A stretch of DNA of 64,000 nt, taken from the IMG/VR virus record IMGVR_UViG_3300042887_005170. One strand, written 5' to 3'. Under the pieces are notes generated by a model. That model made no database searches, was not told where the DNA came from, and saw nothing but the letters and a program-made list of their open reading frames with translations. The stretch is from an uncultured virus (IMG/VR IMGVR_UViG_3300042887_005170) (Duplodnaviria; Heunggongvirae; Uroviricota; Caudoviricetes). Numbering within the stretch: the first letter of the stretch is position 1; every line of letters starts with the position of its first letter. The position numbers were made by a program, and so were the translations under genes. Positions 58,635 to 64,000 of the stretch are shown piece by piece.

Positions 58635-59342
58635 ATGGCCACTAATAGACTTAGAGGAACTAAAGGGGGGCAGAGAGGTCTTGAGTACCTCCTTACGCCC
58701 GCTAACTACATACTATCTCAGCGCCCCAATGACGATGACTTAGGGAAAGCACTTAATGTTATTCGTTTTTATACGGATAACAAGGATCAGGGCAGGGCCT
58801 GGAGAAGCTTCGCGAGCGGCATCGAGCGCGTAAACTTTAAGCCACCTGGCGGCTTCGATGACACAGAGTATGTCTACGACAGAGTCATCTACGGCAATGA
58901 AGATTTACTCAGAGAATGCGCCGCCGTTATGATCAAAAGTATTTTTGGTGTTGACTATAAAAATCCACCTGACGAGCCGACTCCCCCTCCCTTCACCCCG
59001 CAGCCCGGCCACCACGGCATGCCTCCTGGATTTGGTCCGGGCGCTTATGTGCGAGGGGCCTCACCATTTCAGCACCCATTTAACTATCACCAAGGCGCAG
59101 CTTTCGCCGCAGGCGCTGGAGTGCCCCCGCATTTTTCTTACGGCCCGCGGCCCGTGCCCTACATGGATAAGCTCGATCTCCGCGCCCCGTTCAATGAGAC
59201 GGTGCCCTACGAACAGAAGAGAGCTCTCGCTAAATACCTCGGTCTTCAGATCGCCCCAATGGTGGATAGCTGGCAGGCTATTGAGAAGGACTTTGGATTC
59301 CCCGAAGTCCCCTACTATGCCGACCCAAATAACAGAAGCTAA
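58635..59342 (+). CDS. Hypothetical protein with Pro/Gly/Phe-rich insert
   Basis: Paralog of the previous gene (DDL.KAL..I..Y...G..WR; NE.LLRE; EKDF....PY). Confidence 0.75.
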   Translation: MATNRLRGTKGGQRGLEYLLTPANYILSQRPNDDDLGKALNVIRFYTDNKDQGRAWRSFASGIERVNFKPPGGFDDTEYVYDRVIYGNEDLLRECAAVMIKSIFGVDYKNPPDEPTPPPFTPQPGHHGMPPGFGPGAYVRGASPFQHPFNYHQGAAFAAGAGVPPHFSYGPRPVPYMDKLDLRAPFNETVPYEQKRALAKYLGLQIAPMVDSWQAIEKDFGFPEVPYYADPNNRS

Positions 59343-59351
59343 GGAAACCGA

Positions 59352-60023
59352 ATGCCCCAGAAAGTACTCGGCGGAAAGCCCTACAAGCGGTATCCCGATC
59401 CCAACGTAAGCAATCTCCCGAACGAGTACGGTCTGTATCCGTGGAGTGTTCTCTACGCACACCTGTCCTACATTGACGATGCTGGCGCCGTGCAGAACAC
59501 CAGTGGGATTACCAACCTCTCGACGACGACGGCACAACTGCTGCTGTTCATGTCGGACATCCCCGTACTTGGGCAGATGAAGTGCTACCACACGGACGCC
59601 ACCAACTCTCCCCGGCTCAACGATCTGAGAAACGAGGTCAGTGCCCCGTTCCTTGTGACGACCATCGGCGGCGCAACGGCTGTTACTGTGGACATTGGCG
59701 AGGTCGCCGTAGGCTACACGGGGCCATCGCGTGCGGTTTTCTGCACGGGCTTTCCGGCCTCGTCGCTGTTCAAGGTCGCCGGAAACAACGCGCAGACGAC
59801 TGACGAGGCTGCGGTGCTTGTGTGGGCAAACGGCGCGACACTCAATGGGCCAGTGAGCCAGAACAAAGACGAAGGCAGCACAATCGTTCCTCAGCCCATC
59901 ATTTTGTGGGCAGAACAGTACGCGGCCTCTATTCCGACCAACGACAACATCTTTACCGATACAGCGGGCAAGATATGGCTCGTGGTCGGACTCCACGATG
60001 TCGAGCAGCCGGCGCCGCCCTAA
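59352..60023 (+). CDS. RYPDP-family protein (paralog 6)
   Basis: YKRYPDPNVSNLPNEYGLYPWS...VVGL. Confidence 0.85.
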   Translation: MPQKVLGGKPYKRYPDPNVSNLPNEYGLYPWSVLYAHLSYIDDAGAVQNTSGITNLSTTTAQLLLFMSDIPVLGQMKCYHTDATNSPRLNDLRNEVSAPFLVTTIGGATAVTVDIGEVAVGYTGPSRAVFCTGFPASSLFKVAGNNAQTTDEAAVLVWANGATLNGPVSQNKDEGSTIVPQPIILWAEQYAASIPTNDNIFTDTAGKIWLVVGLHDVEQPAPP

Positions 60024-60040
60024 GCCGTAATAGGTAATCC

Positions 60041-60910
60041 ATGGCGCAGAAAACCCTAGCCGGCACCCCCGCAATCCGTTACCCCGATCCGCTCGTTCGG
60101 CGGGTTAACCCTAACGGCACGCAGCCCTACACTGCATATCGCGCGTCTCTTTTTTACTTCCTAAGCGACAGCGCCTACGTCGTGCTATCGGCACCACCAG
60201 AATTTCTTTTTGTCGAACTGCTGTTGTTTGGCGCTGACTATGCGGTGCAGGTGGCTGGGACGCAGGAATTTACCGGCTACTACAATTCCCCTACTTATGA
60301 AGGCGAGATATTCGACGCGGCAGGCGCACCCATCCCATTCAGGGATTTAGCGCTACCACTAGGCGGGTTCCCATCCAATCCAGGCGTAGAGACAGTAAGC
60401 ACCATTCTCACAGACGCGCCGCCCGTGTCGTACAAGAAGATTGCTACAGGCAAAACAGCGACCAACGGCGTTACGGTCAGCGGCTTCCCCCATCTCTCTA
60501 TTATTCCATCTCGGAACCTGTGGCAGACGCCCGCCGGAGACACCGGCGAACGCGCTAGCTATCTTGTTACTTATGACGTCATTCTAAACGGCGCGACAGT
60601 GGACGGCCCTGCGCTGTTCCTCAGTCAGGGTGGCGGCGGCGGCACCCTTCCCATCATCCTATGGGAGCCAGACCTTACACAAAAAATTGTGGACGATGGG
60701 TACATCGTTGACGTTCTCGGCGACGGCACTGCGGTCTTTGATGTGGTCGGCCTGTGGGCATCAGCAGGTTATTCACCCCTAGGCCCCGGCATTGGCGCTC
60801 GCTCTTTTGGCGCACCTCCGACCATTGCGCCCACATCACCCCTCTCTTATATTTCACCCGCTATGGCAGAAGCGGCCGCCGCCTACGCCGCCCGAGTTAA
60901 AAACAGATAA
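60041..60910 (+). CDS. RYPDP-family protein (paralog 7)
   Basis: LAGTPAIRYPDPLVR...DVVGLW plus C-terminal extension. Confidence 0.85.
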   Translation: MAQKTLAGTPAIRYPDPLVRRVNPNGTQPYTAYRASLFYFLSDSAYVVLSAPPEFLFVELLLFGADYAVQVAGTQEFTGYYNSPTYEGEIFDAAGAPIPFRDLALPLGGFPSNPGVETVSTILTDAPPVSYKKIATGKTATNGVTVSGFPHLSIIPSRNLWQTPAGDTGERASYLVTYDVILNGATVDGPALFLSQGGGGGTLPIILWEPDLTQKIVDDGYIVDVLGDGTAVFDVVGLWASAGYSPLGPGIGARSFGAPPTIAPTSPLSYISPAMAEAAAAYAARVKNR

Positions 60911-61033
60911 TCTAACTACATAAAAACACATATAGTATACTTGTAATAAAGTTATACCGATGTAGTGAAAATACTAAACAACAACTGCGGAATCCCCGCT
61001 AAGATTAACGTCTACGGACAAAGGAGAAAGACA

Positions 61034-61759
61034 ATGGCTGTTAATTACTATATCAATCAGACTGTTCTTGGTGGCACCTCGGCTCCCCGGTACTCGGACC
61101 CGCTCGTTACGGGCGCTCCGAACGCCGATGGCCTCTACCCCTGGAGCTCGTTCCGCGCCCGTCTTGGCACGATCGCTGCCGGCGCGTTCGTCCCGACCGT
61201 CGGTACGACCCTCGACGCCGGCGATACCATCAACCTGCTCCTCTTCACGAGCGACGTGCCCGCGGGCGGCTCGCTTGTCGAGACGCCGGCTGCAGCCGCT
61301 ATCGTGACTCAGGGCCTGCTCGCCCCGACCACCGCGGTCGGCGGCGCTGGCGCCCTGGCCTTCTTCAAGACGACCTCGACGGGCGGCACGAACGTAACCG
61401 TCTCTGCCGGCCAGGTCGGCGTTGGTTATGTCATCACCGGCGCGGCCGCACCTAACGCAGCCATCAGCACCACCGGCTTCCCGGCGACCGTCGGCGTCGG
61501 CGTTAATGGCGCTGCCGATACTTTCGATCTTCTTGTGACCGCGAATGGCGCGACCATCGCCTCGCCCGTTAGCACGCTTAACTTCGGCGCGCTTACCGCC
61601 GATGCCGCTACCTGCGGTTTCCTCCCGATCATTCTGGACTACGCGGTCTACACCCAGGCGATCCGCGATGCCGGTAATGTCTACACCGCCACCGAAGCCA
61701 CAACGCTCGGCGTTAGATACCTGGTTGTCGGCCTTTACAGCCTCACCCCTGCCGCCTAG
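61034..61759 (+). CDS. RYPDP-family protein (paralog 8), probably the most highly expressed
   Basis: AAGGAG RBS, strong C/G-ending codon bias, own terminator. Confidence 0.87.
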   Translation: MAVNYYINQTVLGGTSAPRYSDPLVTGAPNADGLYPWSSFRARLGTIAAGAFVPTVGTTLDAGDTINLLLFTSDVPAGGSLVETPAAAAIVTQGLLAPTTAVGGAGALAFFKTTSTGGTNVTVSAGQVGVGYVITGAAAPNAAISTTGFPATVGVGVNGAADTFDLLVTANGATIASPVSTLNFGALTADAATCGFLPIILDYAVYTQAIRDAGNVYTATEATTLGVRYLVVGLYSLTPAA

Positions 61760-61784
61760 TAATTAAAATCCGCCTAGCGGATTT

Positions 61785-61811
61785 AAAGGCGCCCGAGAGG
61801 GCGCCTTTTTT
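61785..61811 (+). terminator. Intrinsic terminator (preceded by a second hairpin at 61766-61784)
   Basis: AAAGGCGCCC-GAGA-GGGCGCCTTTTTT. Confidence 0.85.
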
Positions 61812-61861
61812 GCCTAAAAGTAGAGAGCCTTAAAACACTAAGCTCATACTAGGAAAAGCCA

Positions 61862-62518
61862 ATGCCAGCTTACACATCTAGAAAGACCCTTGGTACTCTT
61901 CCTGTTATTAGACAGCCTCTAGCAGCCAGCACCGGCTCAGCTAACTACGCCGGTACTTACGGCTGGAGCGCGTTTAGAGCTAGATTAGGTCGTTGCACGA
62001 ACACGACTTTCACCACCACTCTCGCAGCGGCAATCACGGCAGGTCAGACGGTTAACCTTCTCCTTTTCACTACGGATGTGCCGGCTATCGGCCTAGCATT
62101 CGATGTCGGCACTCCCGGCGCGATCGGGATCACCGGTTTAGTGAGCTCGGCACTCTCCGTGCCCTTTCTTGTCACGACTAGCGGCGGTGGCGTACCGGCA
62201 ACGGCGTTAGTTGGCGAGGTTAATGACGGGTATGTCGGCACAGTGAAGACCAGCGGCTTTAGCGCTAAATTTTTTAGCACGGTGGCGGCAGCTACGAGTA
62301 CGGCCGTTGATCTGGCTGTTATTTCAAATAGCACTCAGGGCATCACGACGCCAATTAGCTTGTCTGACTGGGACGCACCCTCCACGACAGCTTCCGGCAA
62401 CGTGCCCGTTCTTATTCCGGCAACCAGCTACACCAGCGTAATAAAGGCTGCCGGAAATCAGATCGTTACGGCCACCGGCGTTGTTTATCAGGTAGTCGGC
62501 CTCTACAGCGTCGTCTAA
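61862..62518 (+). CDS. RYPDP-family protein (paralog 9, divergent N-term)
   Basis: GTYGWSAFRARLG...NLLLFTTDVPA...YQVVGLY. Confidence 0.85.
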   Translation: MPAYTSRKTLGTLPVIRQPLAASTGSANYAGTYGWSAFRARLGRCTNTTFTTTLAAAITAGQTVNLLLFTTDVPAIGLAFDVGTPGAIGITGLVSSALSVPFLVTTSGGGVPATALVGEVNDGYVGTVKTSGFSAKFFSTVAAATSTAVDLAVISNSTQGITTPISLSDWDAPSTTASGNVPVLIPATSYTSVIKAAGNQIVTATGVVYQVVGLYSVV

Positions 62519-62537
62519 ACAACCAGAGTGAGCTAAA

Positions 62538-63263
62538 ATGGCCGTAAATTACTACGCAAATCAGACCGTCCTCGGCGGAACTTCCTACCCCCGCTACCCC
62601 GACCCGCTCGTTACGGGCGCGCCCAACGAGTACGGTCTCTACCCGTGGAGTAATTTTAGGGCGCGGTTTGCGACTTATAACGGCACGCTTGTTGATTCGG
62701 CCATCGATCTTAACACCGGCTCCGGCGGCGCTAACCGGGTTAACCTTCTCCTCTTCACGAGTGATATCCCAGCCGTCGGCTATATTGCCCCTGCGGCAAC
62801 TGGTCTTTCTGTTAGCCCTGTCGCCCCTGCCGCCAAGGTCGGCGTGGCCGGAACGCCAGCTTTCTTCAAGGCCACCCCCGGCGGCACCGATGTCACCGTC
62901 GCGGCCGGCCAAGTCGGCGTTGGCTACAGCTACAATGCCGCCGCCACTACCGACGCCAACAAAAACATCTACGTTGCGGGTTTCCCCGCCGTCACGACCT
63001 CCAGCGCTACCACTGACGCAGAACTCTGGCTCTGGACCAACAGCCCCAACATCTGCTCGCCCGTCAGCTTTCAGAACTGGGATTTGCAGGCCGGACTTCC
63101 CACCGTCGCAGAGCGGGCGGCTTCCGGCGCCTTGCCGATTGTCCTCCGCTACTCGGACTACACGCAGGCGATCCGCGACGCCGGTAACATCATCGTTAAC
63201 ACCGTTGCCCCGATTGGCGCGACCTACCAGGTCGTCGGACTCTTCAGCCGCTTCGCGGTGTAA
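62538..63263 (+). CDS. RYPDP-family protein (paralog 10)
   Basis: QTVLGGTSYPRYPDPLVTGAPNEYGLYPWS. Confidence 0.87.
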   Translation: MAVNYYANQTVLGGTSYPRYPDPLVTGAPNEYGLYPWSNFRARFATYNGTLVDSAIDLNTGSGGANRVNLLLFTSDIPAVGYIAPAATGLSVSPVAPAAKVGVAGTPAFFKATPGGTDVTVAAGQVGVGYSYNAAATTDANKNIYVAGFPAVTTSSATTDAELWLWTNSPNICSPVSFQNWDLQAGLPTVAERAASGALPIVLRYSDYTQAIRDAGNIIVNTVAPIGATYQVVGLFSRFAV

Positions 63264-63298
63264 TATCTAGAGAGACCTAATTTTATAGGAAAATACCT

Positions 63299-63964
63299 AT
63301 GGCCGTTACTTATTATAATCAGACCGTCCTCGGCGGAACCTCCAACCCCCGCTACCCCGACCCGCTCGTTACGGGCGCGCCCAACGAGTACGGTCTTTAC
63401 CCGTGGAGCGCATTTCGCGCTCGCGTCAGCAATATTGTAGATGGCGAGGTTGTAAGTCTAAACGTAGCAATCAGCTCCCCGGAGATTCTTCTTTTCATCA
63501 GCGATGAGCTAGCGACTGGCTACTTCCAGGATGTAACTACAGCCGCCGTTGAGGCCCCGCTTGCGCCGGCGCCTTCCGCCAGCTTCTTCCTTAGTGCGCC
63601 TGCCGGCAGTGTTGTCACCCGCCCCGCGGGCCAGGTCGCGACTGGCTATGTTGCGACGGGCTCGGCAAATATTGCGACTACAGGCTTCACCGCCACTGGC
63701 CCCGCAAGCATCACGGTCGATGCCACTAACCTTATCGTATTTGCCAACTCGCCTAACATCTGCTCGCCGATCAGCTTCCAGAACTGGGATACCGTTGATA
63801 CTGCAACGGCCAAGGCCTCTGGCGCGCTCCCGATTATCCTTCTCTACAGCTCTTACACGCAAGCTATTAGAGACGCTGGTAATATCTTTGTCGCCACCGC
63901 CGGCGCCGCCACGGGCGCGACCTATCAGGTAGTCGGCCTTATTAATCCCGACACAGGCGGCTAA
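63299..63964 (+). CDS. RYPDP-family protein (paralog 11)
   Basis: QTVLGGTSNPRYPDPLVTGAPNEYGLYPWS. Confidence 0.87.
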   Translation: MAVTYYNQTVLGGTSNPRYPDPLVTGAPNEYGLYPWSAFRARVSNIVDGEVVSLNVAISSPEILLFISDELATGYFQDVTTAAVEAPLAPAPSASFFLSAPAGSVVTRPAGQVATGYVATGSANIATTGFTATGPASITVDATNLIVFANSPNICSPISFQNWDTVDTATAKASGALPIILLYSSYTQAIRDAGNIFVATAGAATGATYQVVGLINPDTGG

Positions 63965-64000
63965 TCTGTTTTACTTTAACAGTATAGTAGCGCTAATTAA

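Noticed and set aside
59061..60074. 337-aa minus-strand ORF
   Set aside because: Antisense shadow of two GC-rich plus-strand genes with clear paralog motifs

Overview
This window is a 64-kb segment of a large, highly divergent bacteriophage or virus genome read in standard genetic code 11. It probably starts at or near a genome end, which carries simple and 25-bp tandem repeats. Recognisable genes are few: an SLT transglycosylase, a DenV-like pyrimidine-dimer glycosylase, three CHAP hydrolases, an SGNH hydrolase, a serine recombinase, a degenerate DNA methyltransferase, a P-loop kinase-pentapeptide fusion, ThyX, LexA-like HTH proteins, DUF2958/DUF3140/DUF5872/DUF1353-like domains and five tRNAs. 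No terminase, portal, tail or polymerase gene is recognisable here. Several lineage-specific structures dominate. (1) An R-x-x-N-P peptide motif recurs at domain boundaries and termini of many proteins, including a 1032-aa modular polyprotein. (2) Eleven paralogous beta-rich 220-290 aa proteins have conserved ends and variable cores. (3) Eleven paralogous small 'W.W.PGM...PDL.DPAT.GCLL...EAEAL' proteins lie in the 40-54 kb region. (4) Six AT-rich proteins share only a C-terminal domain. (5) A ~630-bp non-coding block-structured inverted repeat, built from ~172-bp units, sits at the main strand-switch point. Many proteins carry single terminal membrane anchors. All family assignments come from motif recognition by eye, not from database searches.
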